From positions 93,192 through 157,191 of the forward strand of contig JAZBLF010000008.1 in the NCBI GenBank assembly GCA_037033105.1: 64,000 bases of DNA. Direction: 5' to 3'. Numbering within the stretch: position 1 is the stretch's first letter; each line of letters begins with the position of its first letter. This DNA comes from Bacteroidota bacterium. Lineage in GTDB: Bacteria; Bacteroidota; Bacteroidia; Flavobacteriales; Weeksellaceae. The notes below the pieces were generated by a model. That model saw only the letters and a list, made by a program, of their open reading frames with translations. It searched no databases and was not told where the DNA came from. A program made the position numbers and the translations under genes. Below, one piece after another: positions 49,242-59,134 of this stretch.

Positions 49242-50348
49242 ATGCTGACGAAATCAAAAGTTCAGGATTTTCTGAAAGAGATAGAAGTGGATGACCTTGT
49301 GAATAATTTCCAGGTGATGGGTGATGATGTCTATATTGATATGACGTCCCACTCGCCTGCGATGCACGAGAAAAAGAAGCTGGAAGTAGCGATGAAGCAG
49401 GCTTTTGCTTCGGAATTTGGAGAGCAAATCAATCTTAAACTCAAGATTACTTCTCCGGAATTGCCTGCCACGCCGGTGACCAACGAAATCAAAGGAAAGC
49501 AAATCGCTGGAATTCAAAATATTATCGCCATCGCTTCCGGAAAAGGTGGCGTTGGAAAATCTACAGTTGCTGCAAATCTTGCGGTGACTTTGGCAAAAAT
49601 GGGCTTTAAAGTCGGATTGCTGGATGCAGATATCTACGGACCGTCTGTCCCGACAATGCTTGACACAGAAGGTCAAAAGCCAATTTCTGTGGAAGTGAAC
49701 GGCAGAAACCTGATGAAACCAATCGAAAATTATGGTGTGAAAATGCTGTCCATCGGATATTTCTCTGGCGCCAATCAAGCGGTTGTCTGGAGAGGCCCAA
49801 TGGCTTCGAAAGCATTGAATCAAATGATTCGTGATGCGGATTGGGGCGAATTGGATTTCTTGTTGATTGACCTTCCTCCGGGAACAGGCGATATCCATTT
49901 ATCTATCATTCAGGAAGTTCCGGTGACGGGCGCGGTGATTGTGAGTACGCCTCAACACGTTGCCCTTGCAGATGTGAGAAAGGGAATTGCAATGTTCAAT
50001 ATGGAAAGTATCAACATTCCGGTTTTGGGATTGATAGAAAATATGGCTTATTTTACGCCGGAAGAGTTACCTGAGAATAAATATTATATCTTTGGCAAAC
50101 AAGGTGCTCAGTTTATGGCTGAGGATTTGGGAATTCCGGTTTTGGGAGAGATCCCATTGATTCAGAGCATCAGAGAAGCGGGTGACGTCGGAAGACCGGC
50201 AGCGCTTCAGGAAAATTCTCAGATTTCTGAGATTTACATTAAAACAGCACAGAATATGGTAGAAAGTCTGGTTGAAAGAAACAAAAATCTACCGGCAACC
50301 GAAGCTGTGAAAATTACTACAATGGCCGGTTGCTCTCCGAAAAAGTAA
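49242..50348 (+). CDS. mrp: Mrp/NBP35 (ApbC) Fe-S carrier ATPase
   Basis: ASGKGGVGKST, DADIYGPS, WRGPM, DLPPGTGD, ENM; TAAATTTG promoter motif at 49209-49216. Confidence 0.95.
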   Translation: MLTKSKVQDFLKEIEVDDLVNNFQVMGDDVYIDMTSHSPAMHEKKKLEVAMKQAFASEFGEQINLKLKITSPELPATPVTNEIKGKQIAGIQNIIAIASGKGGVGKSTVAANLAVTLAKMGFKVGLLDADIYGPSVPTMLDTEGQKPISVEVNGRNLMKPIENYGVKMLSIGYFSGANQAVVWRGPMASKALNQMIRDADWGELDFLLIDLPPGTGDIHLSIIQEVPVTGAVIVSTPQHVALADVRKGIAMFNMESINIPVLGLIENMAYFTPEELPENKYYIFGKQGAQFMAEDLGIPVLGEIPLIQSIREAGDVGRPAALQENSQISEIYIKTAQNMVESLVERNKNLPATEAVKITTMAGCSPKK

Positions 50349-50403
50349 GTGGCTTTTTGCTAATGGCACTAAAATCGGAGTAGTTAAAAAGAAAATATAT
50401 AAA

Positions 50404-50655
50404 ATGGATAATAATACAAATCAAATTCAGGAAGAACTGGTAACCAAGGTAATGGATGCCCTGGAAAGTATCCGCCCGTTTTTGCAGCAAGACGGCGGCG
50501 ACATTGAATTGGTTGACGTGCAGGATAAGAAAGTGTTTGTTAAACTTCTCGGAAGCTGCTCCAGCTGTGGCATCAGCAGTTCTACAATGAAGCTTGGCGT
50601 TGAAAGCACCATCAAGCAACACGCTCCGGAGATTGAAGAAGTCATCAGTATTTAA
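50404..50655 (+). CDS. NifU C-terminal domain protein
   Basis: IRPFLQQDGGDIELV...LGSCSSC. Confidence 0.92.
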   Translation: MDNNTNQIQEELVTKVMDALESIRPFLQQDGGDIELVDVQDKKVFVKLLGSCSSCGISSSTMKLGVESTIKQHAPEIEEVISI

Positions 50656-50659
50656 AAAT

Positions 50660-50695
50660 AAAAATCCCGATTCAAAATTGAATCGGGATTTTTTT
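50660..50695. terminator. Bidirectional terminator
   Basis: AAAAATCCCGATTCA/TGAATCGGGATTTTT. Confidence 0.85.
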
Positions 50696-51038
50696 ATTCT
50701 ACTATTTCAGCATCCTGAATTTGTGCATTCCCTGCGCCGGATCTGAGTTGGCTTTCCCAAAGAAGAAATTTGTCTACCTCTTTCATCAGCATTGGAATCG
50801 CCAAAGCTAATATTGCCAGATCATCCAAAGCGCCCACTACGGGAACAAAATCGGGGATGAAATCTATCGGCGAGATTACATAAATCAATGCAAGTGCCGG
50901 GATAAGGACATCGGTGAATTTCATCTTATATTCGCCTCTGTACCATAATCTGAACATTCTGTACACAGAAGGGATCTTTTGGAGAAATCCTTTGTGTTTA
51001 AAGGCTTCCTGAGCCAGTTTGAGTTTTGAATACTTCAT
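50694..51038 (-). CDS. YkvA/DUF1232 family protein
   Basis: YVISPIDFIPDFVPVVGALDD. Confidence 0.9.
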   Translation of the reverse strand: MKYSKLKLAQEAFKHKGFLQKIPSVYRMFRLWYRGEYKMKFTDVLIPALALIYVISPIDFIPDFVPVVGALDDLAILALAIPMLMKEVDKFLLWESQLRSGAGNAQIQDAEIVE

Positions 51039-51132
51039 TTATGTTTGTTTTTATTTTTTTTCGACTTATCAAATTTCACAAATTCTATTCCAATCGACGG
51101 ACAGAAAATCGTAATGTTTTGTTAATTAACGA

Positions 51133-52149
51133 TTAAGTCAATCGGTCTGTGAGTTTTGCAAATTGTTTCTCTGCACTTTTCCCTTCATAAAGAATGTCAT
51201 AAACAGCATTGATAATCGGGAGTTTCAGTTTCTTCTCCTCACAGATTGAATAGATTCCTTTCGTCGCGTAATAACCTTCTGCCACCATACTCATCGACTG
51301 GATTGCAGATTTCACCGTGTAGCCTTTCCCGATGAGGTTTCCAAGATTTCTGTTTCTGGAGAATAAGGAATAGGCTGTTACAATTAAATCACCGAGATAA
51401 GCACTGTCATTCACATCTCTTTTTTCAGGATAAATGGACTCCAGGAAAATTTCCATCTCGCGGATGGCATTGGAAACATAGACTGCGATGAAGTTGTCTC
51501 CATAGCCAAGACCGCTGGCAATCCCTGCGCCTATCGCGTAGATATTTTTCAGAATCGCAGAATACTCGTTGCCGAGAATATCACAGCTGGTATTGACCTT
51601 TATATAATAGGAAGACAAAATGCTCTGTAAAACCTCAGCATCCTCTTGGGACGCCACAGCAACGGTAAGATAAGACAATCGCTCCATCGCAACTTCCTCT
51701 GCGTGACAAGGCCCTGCAATGACCGCCTGATTTTTGAATCCTATTTTGAACTGATCTTTCAGATAATGTGCGACAATGTCATTGTGTTTCGGAACAATCC
51801 CTTTGATCGCAGAACAGAACAATTTGTCCTGATATTCGCACGTCATTTTCTCCATAGATTCCGCTAAATAAATAGACGGAACCGCAAGAATAATGACGTC
51901 AGACTTAGAAACCAACTCATTGATATCCGTTGTGATCTGTAATTTTTTGAGATTGAAGGAGACAGTTGTAAGATAACTCGGATTGTGGCCACGCTGTTCG
52001 ATCGCGCCTTTTACAAACTCGTTTCGGACACACCAATTCACAGTTTTGCAGTTCTCTGCAAGCATTTTTACAATGGCCGTCGCAAAACTTCCGCTTCCCA
52101 AAACGCCTACTTTTATATCTTTAGATGATTTAGTCAATTTCTTACCCAT
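51133..52149 (-). CDS. gpsA: NAD(P)H-dependent glycerol-3-phosphate dehydrogenase
   Basis: GSGSFATA, AGPCHAEEV, LKNIYAIG, YLGDLIVTAYS.FSRNR, AEG. Confidence 0.93.
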   Translation of the reverse strand: MGKKLTKSSKDIKVGVLGSGSFATAIVKMLAENCKTVNWCVRNEFVKGAIEQRGHNPSYLTTVSFNLKKLQITTDINELVSKSDVIILAVPSIYLAESMEKMTCEYQDKLFCSAIKGIVPKHNDIVAHYLKDQFKIGFKNQAVIAGPCHAEEVAMERLSYLTVAVASQEDAEVLQSILSSYYIKVNTSCDILGNEYSAILKNIYAIGAGIASGLGYGDNFIAVYVSNAIREMEIFLESIYPEKRDVNDSAYLGDLIVTAYSLFSRNRNLGNLIGKGYTVKSAIQSMSMVAEGYYATKGIYSICEEKKLKLPIINAVYDILYEGKSAEKQFAKLTDRLT

Positions 52150-52445
52150 AATTTTTCTGCCTTTTCATTTTATAAATATCTATTAATAAGCTTGTTGTGC
52201 TCAATAATTACTTTTCGTTATTTGATAGTTTCTTTTAAATATAATAAAAAATGAACCGTGAAAATCTGTCAGAATTCATTTTTACAAAACTAATGTAATT
52301 TATGAATTTACCTAAACCTAATTCGCCTTTTAGGAATTTTTAAGACTAATTAACTTTTATTAATGAGAATTTGATGTAAGTTGATAATTAATATTCATAA
52401 AATTAAAATTTTCATACTTTTGCAGTCCATTTTAAAAAAGTATTG

Positions 52446-53330
52446 ATGGTTCAGTTTCTTAAATCGAAAAAGAAAAAAAATATTGTTTTGATTTTGCTAT
52501 TGGCAACTTGCTTTGTACAGGCCATCATCATTGCAAAACTCTACAACGGTATCGACAATAAAGTCTATGATATCCGTTTGGTAAAGATCAATAATGAGAA
52601 AGACAGCATCGATCATCTTCAGCTCAAAACAGATCTTGCCCTCGTAGATCAAAGCGTCAGAAGCATTGACGGATTTCTGAAATCAAAAAACGTTTCCGAT
52701 CTTAGAATTGAAAATCTGGCCAAAGACAGTCTTCAGAATGAAGTTTACCTGGCCAAAGTCAGCAACCGTTACAGCCAATATCTGATAGATTTGGAACAGA
52801 GATTACAGCAGGTTCCTCTGGGAATTCCGACTGACGGTTACATCTCATCCAATTTTGGCATCAGAAAAAATCCCATTCCGCCAAAAGTGGATCCAAAACT
52901 TGCAGCTCAGGTGAATGTAGCCGAGGAAAAGGACAGTTTAGGAAATGTCATTAAGCGTCAGGCCATCGTAAAAGAAGACAAGAACGCTTCCAGCAATGCA
53001 CCGGCTGAGAAAGACCAGATGCAGTTCCACAAAGGCCTGGATATCGCGGTAGCTTACGGAAGTTCGGTGAAATGTGCAGCGGCAGGAAAAGTCATTTTTG
53101 CTGGTGTAAAAGGCGGCTATGGCAATTGCGTCATCGTAGAACACGGCAATGGACTGGCAACGCTGTATGGCCATCTGTCGGAAGTCCTGGTTGAAGCTAA
53201 TGACCGGGTAAAAGTGGGACAAATCATCGCTAAATCAGGCAATACTGGCCGATCCACAGGACCGCACCTTCATTATGAAGTTCATAAAAATAATCAGCCA
53301 ATCAATCCGAGGTTGTTTTTGAATTTTTAA
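52446..53330 (+). CDS. M23 family metallopeptidase with N-terminal TM anchor
   Basis: HKGLD (HxxxD), GYGN, YGHL, STGPHLHYEV. Confidence 0.92.
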   Translation: MVQFLKSKKKKNIVLILLLATCFVQAIIIAKLYNGIDNKVYDIRLVKINNEKDSIDHLQLKTDLALVDQSVRSIDGFLKSKNVSDLRIENLAKDSLQNEVYLAKVSNRYSQYLIDLEQRLQQVPLGIPTDGYISSNFGIRKNPIPPKVDPKLAAQVNVAEEKDSLGNVIKRQAIVKEDKNASSNAPAEKDQMQFHKGLDIAVAYGSSVKCAAAGKVIFAGVKGGYGNCVIVEHGNGLATLYGHLSEVLVEANDRVKVGQIIAKSGNTGRSTGPHLHYEVHKNNQPINPRLFLNF

Positions 53331-53341
53331 TTGGCTGTAAT

Positions 53342-53365
53342 GTCTTCGAGAGCCTCATACGGACA
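53342..53365. repeat. Solo Family B variant repeat
   Basis: GTCTTCGAGAGCCTCATACGGACA differs at 3 of 24 positions from the reverse complement of 47128-47151. Confidence 0.6.
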
Positions 53366-53384
53366 AAATAAAAATTAACATCAA

Positions 53385-53906
53385 ATGGATTTTCTAACTT
53401 TAGACTATTTGAAAGATGGGTCTGAGATTCAGAAAAGGATATTTGAGGTCTTAGAAAATCATCAAATCTTTGAAAAACTCAAGATTTATAACCCGATTCT
53501 TGCGGGCACTTTTCCAATTGGAATTGATATCGATGGCAGCGACCTTGATATTATTCTGGAAACACGTGATTTCGAAACGCTAGAGAAATTATTGGTCGCC
53601 GAATTTCAGCATCAGAATCCATTTAGCATTAATTTGATTGAAATCAACGATGTAGAATCTCTAATCTGTAAGTTCCAACTCGAGGAGTTTCCCGTGGAGA
53701 TATTTGCCCAAGACCAGCCTTCTCATCTTCAGAACGCTTATCTTCATATGGTAAAGGAGTTTGATATCCTTGAAAAAGAAGATGACGAATTTCGAAAAAA
53801 AATCATCGAACTTAAAAACTTTGGGTTGAAAACAGAACCGGCATTCGCAAAATTGTTGGCATTAAGTGGAAATCCTTACGTCGAAATTTTAAAATATAAA
53901 GCATGA
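53385..53906 (+). CDS. DUF4269 protein (nucleotidyltransferase-like)
   Basis: LAGTFPIGID...SDLDI and GLKTEPAFAKLL motifs. Confidence 0.8.
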   Translation: MDFLTLDYLKDGSEIQKRIFEVLENHQIFEKLKIYNPILAGTFPIGIDIDGSDLDIILETRDFETLEKLLVAEFQHQNPFSINLIEINDVESLICKFQLEEFPVEIFAQDQPSHLQNAYLHMVKEFDILEKEDDEFRKKIIELKNFGLKTEPAFAKLLALSGNPYVEILKYKA

Positions 53907-53938
53907 AAAAAGCGATCCAGATTTGGATCGCTTTTTTT
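53906..53938. terminator. Bidirectional terminator
   Basis: AAAAAAGCGATCCA/TGGATCGCTTTTTT. Confidence 0.85.
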
Positions 53939-53954
53939 ATATGATTGAGAAATA

Positions 53955-55289
53955 TTATTTCTTCAATTCTTCAAGAAACTCGTCGTGAGAGATCACAGTT
54001 TCTGTTTTCTTAGATTTTTCAAGGATGACATCTTTCAATTTTGCCATAGCCACTTCAGAAGAGATCTGTCTTACCTGGTTTTCGTCTTTCAACATTTCTG
54101 CTGCATATTTCTGAACCTCATCATCACCTAAATGGTGAATTCCGTAGATTGCTAATTGGTTTCTTACCAACTGCTCAGCTTGTCCCAGAACTTCAGCATA
54201 ATCCAACTGGATGTCGTTATCATTCATCAATTTCCCTTCAAGGATTTGACCTTTGATAATGTTTTTCTCGTTTTCAAGAATTTCTTTTGCCTGCGCTTCA
54301 GAAGTGATGTTCTGATTGGAGAACAACAACCATTTGATCAAGAATGCTTCAGGTAATTTGATTTCCTCCTTCTCATTCACCTGAGAAAGGATCTTGTTGA
54401 CGAAATGAACATCTGCATTTTGCTGGAAATATTCGTCCAACTCCATTTTCACTCTAGCTTTCAGTTCTTCTTCAGTCGTGATCACATCTTTACCGTAAAC
54501 TTTGTCAAACAATTCCTGGTTAAGTTCTGCAAGGTTCAATCCGTAGATATCTTTTACCGTCACTTCAACCTCGTTGTGGTGTAGGTGTTCTGCATCTTCT
54601 TTTGAGAATCCTAATTGAGTCGCCAATTCTTCTTTTGACTGAAGATCTTCTTTAGAAACTTTTACAGATTCGTCTTTTTTCAATTTTTTCACCAAATCGT
54701 AAGCTTCTTTCTGATCTTTAGAAATCGTTACGTTTTTTGGAGCGTGATTATGTTCACCTTCTGCACCTTCTTCTACAACTTGGGAGATTTCCAAAGCCAC
54801 GTAAGAATCTTTACCGATTTTCTCTTCCGGCAATCTCTCTGCGAAACGCTTCTGCATGTTCTCAACACTTGTAGAGATTTCTTTTTCAGAAGCTTCTACT
54901 TTGTAATGAGGCGCTTCATATTTAGAAAGATCAACAGTGAATTCCGGTTCGTATCCAACTTCGAAAGCTACAGATAAAGACTCTGCATTGGGATCGAAAT
55001 CGTTTACTGGCTGAGGAACAGGCTGACCTACCAGTCTGAGTTTGTTCTCACTTACATAACCATTCAAGGCTTCTGAAACCTGTTTGTTGATTTCTTCGAA
55101 AGCGATGCCGGCTTCATATTGTTTTTTCACCATACTCAATGGCACTTTTCCTTTTCTGAATCCAGGAACCTGTGCATTTTTAGCATAGTTTAATAGTTGC
55201 TTTTCAACTTTTTCTTTATAATCAGATTTTTCCAATGTTACCGTAAGCAATGCACTTACATCGTCATGGTTTGTAGCTGTAACGTTCAT
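53955..55289 (-). CDS. tig: Trigger factor
   Basis: PGFRKGKVP ribosome-binding motif; TACTTTTG promoter motif at 55310-55317. Confidence 0.93.
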   Translation of the reverse strand: MNVTATNHDDVSALLTVTLEKSDYKEKVEKQLLNYAKNAQVPGFRKGKVPLSMVKKQYEAGIAFEEINKQVSEALNGYVSENKLRLVGQPVPQPVNDFDPNAESLSVAFEVGYEPEFTVDLSKYEAPHYKVEASEKEISTSVENMQKRFAERLPEEKIGKDSYVALEISQVVEEGAEGEHNHAPKNVTISKDQKEAYDLVKKLKKDESVKVSKEDLQSKEELATQLGFSKEDAEHLHHNEVEVTVKDIYGLNLAELNQELFDKVYGKDVITTEEELKARVKMELDEYFQQNADVHFVNKILSQVNEKEEIKLPEAFLIKWLLFSNQNITSEAQAKEILENEKNIIKGQILEGKLMNDNDIQLDYAEVLGQAEQLVRNQLAIYGIHHLGDDEVQKYAAEMLKDENQVRQISSEVAMAKLKDVILEKSKKTETVISHDEFLEELKK

Positions 55290-55374
55290 TAATTGAAATT
55301 TTTAGGTTGCAAAAGTAGTCAAATTTTGAGGAAGTTCAAAATTAATGCAGGCATAACATTATTAAAAAAATCAC

Positions 55375-55412
55375 AAAAAAAACCTGCCTTCAATATTTGA
55401 AAACAGGTTTTT
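55375..55412 (-). terminator. Terminator of the receptor-lipoprotein operon
   Basis: AAAAACCTG/CAGGTTTTT stem with an A-run. Confidence 0.7.
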
Positions 55413-55437
55413 GTAGGAATTTAGCTTATTATCGGTA

Positions 55438-56004
55438 CTAATTAGTAATTCCAAAGGTAGCTTCAGCGTCTGTCTCGCCACCGGTTACACTTCCCCATGC
55501 CGTTCCGCTCTGTGCTTCGCTTGCAGATGCAGGCTCATGAACCAGCGTTAATTTTAATAATGGCGAAGAAGAATTGACCGCTTTTACAACATCCCACTTT
55601 GTAATAAGTCCTACTTTTCCTAATGCTCCTGTGGAAGAGCTTGTATCGAGTCTTGTCAGGTTAATAGTAGACTTTGGAAAATCAAAAATCAAAAAATGCT
55701 CGTCTTTTGCATCTTTGATTTCCTGTGTCACGTCGTCTGTCCCATTTTTAAAAATAGTGGTGACTTCGTAAGATTTGCCATCTTTCAGCTGGATAACTGG
55801 CGCAGCAGATCCAATAATATAATTATATGACTGAGAAGTTTGCGTTTCGAGATCTTTGACATTGAGCACAATATTGGTCAGCTCTTCCTGTGGCAGATCA
55901 TCTGCTGCAACATCTTCATCTCTCTGGCACGAGATTACGGTTAAAACTAAAATTAAAACTGCTAAAACGTTTACTAGTCTGTTGAAATTGAATTTATTGT
56001 TCAT
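55438..56004 (-). CDS. Lipoprotein, probably surface-exposed partner of the TonB-dependent receptor
   Basis: Lipobox VISC followed by acidic QRDED; EHF and LVHEP motifs; GGETD C-terminus. Confidence 0.8.
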   Translation of the reverse strand: MNNKFNFNRLVNVLAVLILVLTVISCQRDEDVAADDLPQEELTNIVLNVKDLETQTSQSYNYIIGSAAPVIQLKDGKSYEVTTIFKNGTDDVTQEIKDAKDEHFLIFDFPKSTINLTRLDTSSSTGALGKVGLITKWDVVKAVNSSSPLLKLTLVHEPASASEAQSGTAWGSVTGGETDAEATFGITN

Positions 56005-56020
56005 TGTCTGATTTTTTTAA

Positions 56021-56041
56021 TTGTTGATTGTTGATTGTTGA
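56021..56041. repeat. Perfect heptamer repeat (TTGTTGA x3)
   Basis: ttgttga ttgttga ttgttga in the receptor-lipoprotein spacer. Confidence 0.85.
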
Positions 56042-56084
56042 TTTTAAAATAATATCCCTTCCCAAAGGGCGATTTAACCGGGAT

Positions 56085-58472
56085 TTAAAATTTATATCTG
56101 AGATTCAGGATGAAGTTTCTGCCCATATCATAAGCAAAAAGCCGCATTCTGTTCATATAATCTCTGTAATTGGTATTGAATACGTTATTAACTGTAAGTC
56201 CTGCCGACAAGTTTTTCGCAAGATCAATCCCTGCCTGAACGTTCCAAAGCGAATACGTTTTTGGCGGAGTGCTGATGTCGACAACAGTCGTCACTTCCTC
56301 TCCTGCCACATAATCCGTAAATTCCAGATTATGAACGGGATAGCGCTTCTGATCTGCAAAGATCTGGTTCTCCACATTCAGATACAGTCCGTTCCATTCT
56401 TTTTTATTGAACTGGAGCGCATTGGAAAAGTTGACTGGCATCATCAGAATCAGTGGTTCGTCATTAGTTTCGTCCTGCCCATGGACGTATGATCCTCGGC
56501 CTCTGTAGGAGAAATTATCTGTCATATTTAATCTCAAATCTACATCCAGACCATACATCCTGGCATCAATCTGCTGATAGATCCAGACCGGAAAAGTTCC
56601 TGCCTGAGTCAGCTGCAGCGTACCATTCGGAATTTGATTGATGAAATTTTTAGTAACGAAAAAATAAGGGTTTACAGAGATTTCCAGGCCTTGCAACACC
56701 TCCAGCTTTGCATCTGCCAAAAGATTGAACTGGTGGCCTTCTTCATTTTTGATGCTCATATTCCCCTTCTCGATGATTGCTGCAGAATGGTGAAGTCCAT
56801 CTGAGAAAAGCTCTGCAATATTGGGCGTCCTGCCGACTTTTGCATAGTTGAACTTCAGATTAAAATGACTGGACGGATGGTATTCCAAGCCTGCATTGTA
56901 GGAAAGATTATGGTATTTCAGCTTCGGCCTTGTCAGGATTCTGTTGGCATTGGTTCTCACATAAAATTCCGGATAAGCGTCGGCGTAGAGATTTTCCCAG
57001 TCACTTTTGTCATACCATTTGGTTACATCATAGAAATTGTAATCATACCGTATTCCTGCTTCTGCACTCAGTTCAGGCGTTATTTTGTATTTGAAAACAG
57101 AATAAATACCTGCTGAATATTTATCATAATTAGGAATCAAACGTCTGGCCTGCGTTGCGGGGTCAGAATAATTGTTTTGAAAGCTGGCATCAAGACCCGT
57201 TTCCAAGGACCATTTTTCCCTTTCCAAAAGATCATTGATGTTAAACTGATGCGTCATCAAAGCCAAATCCAGAGAAGGAATTTCACTGAGAACGCCTCTT
57301 CTGAGATCAAACTCCTGACGGTGATTGTACTGGAAGCTGTAAGTAGCAGACACTTTACCAATGTTTTCGAACCTGTTGAAGGCAGAAATTTTTGCTAAGT
57401 GATGCTCTATCAGCTGTCTCGGATTGTCTATTTCGTAACTGAAATTTCCGGAATAAAACGGAACAGGCGCATTCATCGCTTCATAATAATCTCGTGGTGT
57501 AGACACGTGAGAATCCCGCAAAATCCCAAGATTCTGATTGGTCAAATAATAATCGAAAGAAAAACCATTCTTGTAGTTATTCTTCTGCACTGTAAAATTA
57601 AATGATGAAAAGTCGGAACCTGTATTTTTCAAATTATACCCTTTCGCGCTCTGATCGCCGAGTTTGCGGATACTTCCTCCCGATTTCACGGACCAGCCGT
57701 TTTCCCAGATCTTTGCGACGTTGACGTCAATTCCCAGACCGCGACCGTTTGAGATTCCGGAAAGATTGACGGAACCTTTCAGAGTATCCTTTTTCGGGAA
57801 AATCTCAGGCTCCAGGACTACAACACCGCCTATGGCGTCGCTTCCGTACCGCAGTGCCGAAGCACCTTTTATCACATCTATGTGCTGAAAATTGTTGACA
57901 TCAATGTTTGGCGCGTGCTCTATTCCCCACTCCTGCTCCTGCATTCTCACACCATTATTGATGATGGAAATCCGGCTTCCGTAGAGTCCGTGAATCACAG
58001 GTTTTACGATATTATTTCCTGTCTTGAGCCCGCTAACACCCGAGATTCCTTTGAGAAGATTGCCCAGGTTTTCCGTGGAATTTCTCTCGATATCAGATTT
58101 TTCGAGCGTTTTCATTATCACAGAACCTCTGGCTTTGTGACTGCCGTGCAGGGTTACCGTTTCTATCTCGCTAATGTGATGTTCCAGAGTGATTGCCAGA
58201 TGCAGGTCCTTATCAATTTTTACATTTTCAGTATAATCATTGCAGTCGGGATGCTTGGCTACGAGTTGGTACGTTCCTGCAGGAATTTTGCTGAATGAAA
58301 ACTTCCCTTTTTTGTCTGTCGTGGCTGTAAATTCACCGATTTTGACCACTGCATTTTCCAGCATTGTCTTATCGTGAAAATCCTGAACAGTACCTTCTGC
58401 CGTGTAAGTTTTCTGTGCGCTTGTCATTGCAAATCCACAAAAGATAAGCAGTAAACTATATATCAATTTCAT
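56085..58472 (-). CDS. TonB-dependent receptor (probable metal uptake)
   Basis: Signal peptide; N-terminal carboxypeptidase-like domain; plug with QEQEWGIEHAP and IDVIKGASALRYG; HHSAA; C-terminal GRNFILNLRYKF. Confidence 0.92.
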   Translation of the reverse strand: MKLIYSLLLIFCGFAMTSAQKTYTAEGTVQDFHDKTMLENAVVKIGEFTATTDKKGKFSFSKIPAGTYQLVAKHPDCNDYTENVKIDKDLHLAITLEHHISEIETVTLHGSHKARGSVIMKTLEKSDIERNSTENLGNLLKGISGVSGLKTGNNIVKPVIHGLYGSRISIINNGVRMQEQEWGIEHAPNIDVNNFQHIDVIKGASALRYGSDAIGGVVVLEPEIFPKKDTLKGSVNLSGISNGRGLGIDVNVAKIWENGWSVKSGGSIRKLGDQSAKGYNLKNTGSDFSSFNFTVQKNNYKNGFSFDYYLTNQNLGILRDSHVSTPRDYYEAMNAPVPFYSGNFSYEIDNPRQLIEHHLAKISAFNRFENIGKVSATYSFQYNHRQEFDLRRGVLSEIPSLDLALMTHQFNINDLLEREKWSLETGLDASFQNNYSDPATQARRLIPNYDKYSAGIYSVFKYKITPELSAEAGIRYDYNFYDVTKWYDKSDWENLYADAYPEFYVRTNANRILTRPKLKYHNLSYNAGLEYHPSSHFNLKFNYAKVGRTPNIAELFSDGLHHSAAIIEKGNMSIKNEEGHQFNLLADAKLEVLQGLEISVNPYFFVTKNFINQIPNGTLQLTQAGTFPVWIYQQIDARMYGLDVDLRLNMTDNFSYRGRGSYVHGQDETNDEPLILMMPVNFSNALQFNKKEWNGLYLNVENQIFADQKRYPVHNLEFTDYVAGEEVTTVVDISTPPKTYSLWNVQAGIDLAKNLSAGLTVNNVFNTNYRDYMNRMRLFAYDMGRNFILNLRYKF

Positions 58473-58713
58473 TATAAATAGATCGATTTTATACTTTTAA
58501 GACCTTGATATTCAATCAATAAAAAAATTGATGAATTAAGTCTCAGAAGTACGTTTTTGTTAAAATAGCTGGATTTTACAATGTAGAATTACATCGCTGG
58601 ATTTTTGAACATTTAAAATGATTAAGCAGCATCAGGAAGGAATCATGCGTCCATCAGGAGCTAGTTAAATTCTAAAAATTCAAAAGCACAAAAATCCGAA
58701 AAGAATCTAAAAA

Positions 58714-59073
58714 TTATGAAATGGCGGGCGGGCCGCGAAGTTGGAAGGTAAATCTGGTAGAAGACCATATTTTTTCCTGTACAGAAAAAGCTTGTTGTGT
58801 CTCGTGTGTGTGGTTTTCAAAATGGAAAGAAAACTGCTCCGGAACCAATGAATTGCCGGTTGCCAGGAAATGACAGGCAAGACAATCGCCGGAATTGGAC
58901 TGTGAAATGTCTGACGAAATCGTTTTTTCCGCCTTTTTGAAACCAGAATCTTTGAAAAAAGTTTCGCCTGCGTGGCTGTGCAACTGCGAGGAAAACAAGG
59001 CTACAAAAAGATACATCACGGCAAAAAATACCGAAATGAAATTTTTGAAAGATTTGCTTTTTCCAATCAACAT
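58714..59073 (-). CDS. DUF2946-like upstream ORF (CruR-like)
   Basis: TM helix, HSH, CLACH (CxxC), His-rich HFENHTHE, C-terminal QLRGPPAIS. Confidence 0.75.
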   Translation of the reverse strand: MLIGKSKSFKNFISVFFAVMYLFVALFSSQLHSHAGETFFKDSGFKKAEKTISSDISQSNSGDCLACHFLATGNSLVPEQFSFHFENHTHETQQAFSVQEKIWSSTRFTFQLRGPPAIS

Positions 59074-59078
59074 AGCTG

Positions 59079-59086
59079 CAAAGGTA
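59079..59086 (-). promoter_or_regulatory. -7 promoter element 5 nt upstream of the uORF ATG
   Basis: TACCTTTG-CAGCT-ATG. Confidence 0.6.
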
Positions 59087-59134
59087 GAATATTTTTATTA
59101 CTGGAGATTAATATTATGTTAAATCAAAACCAGA

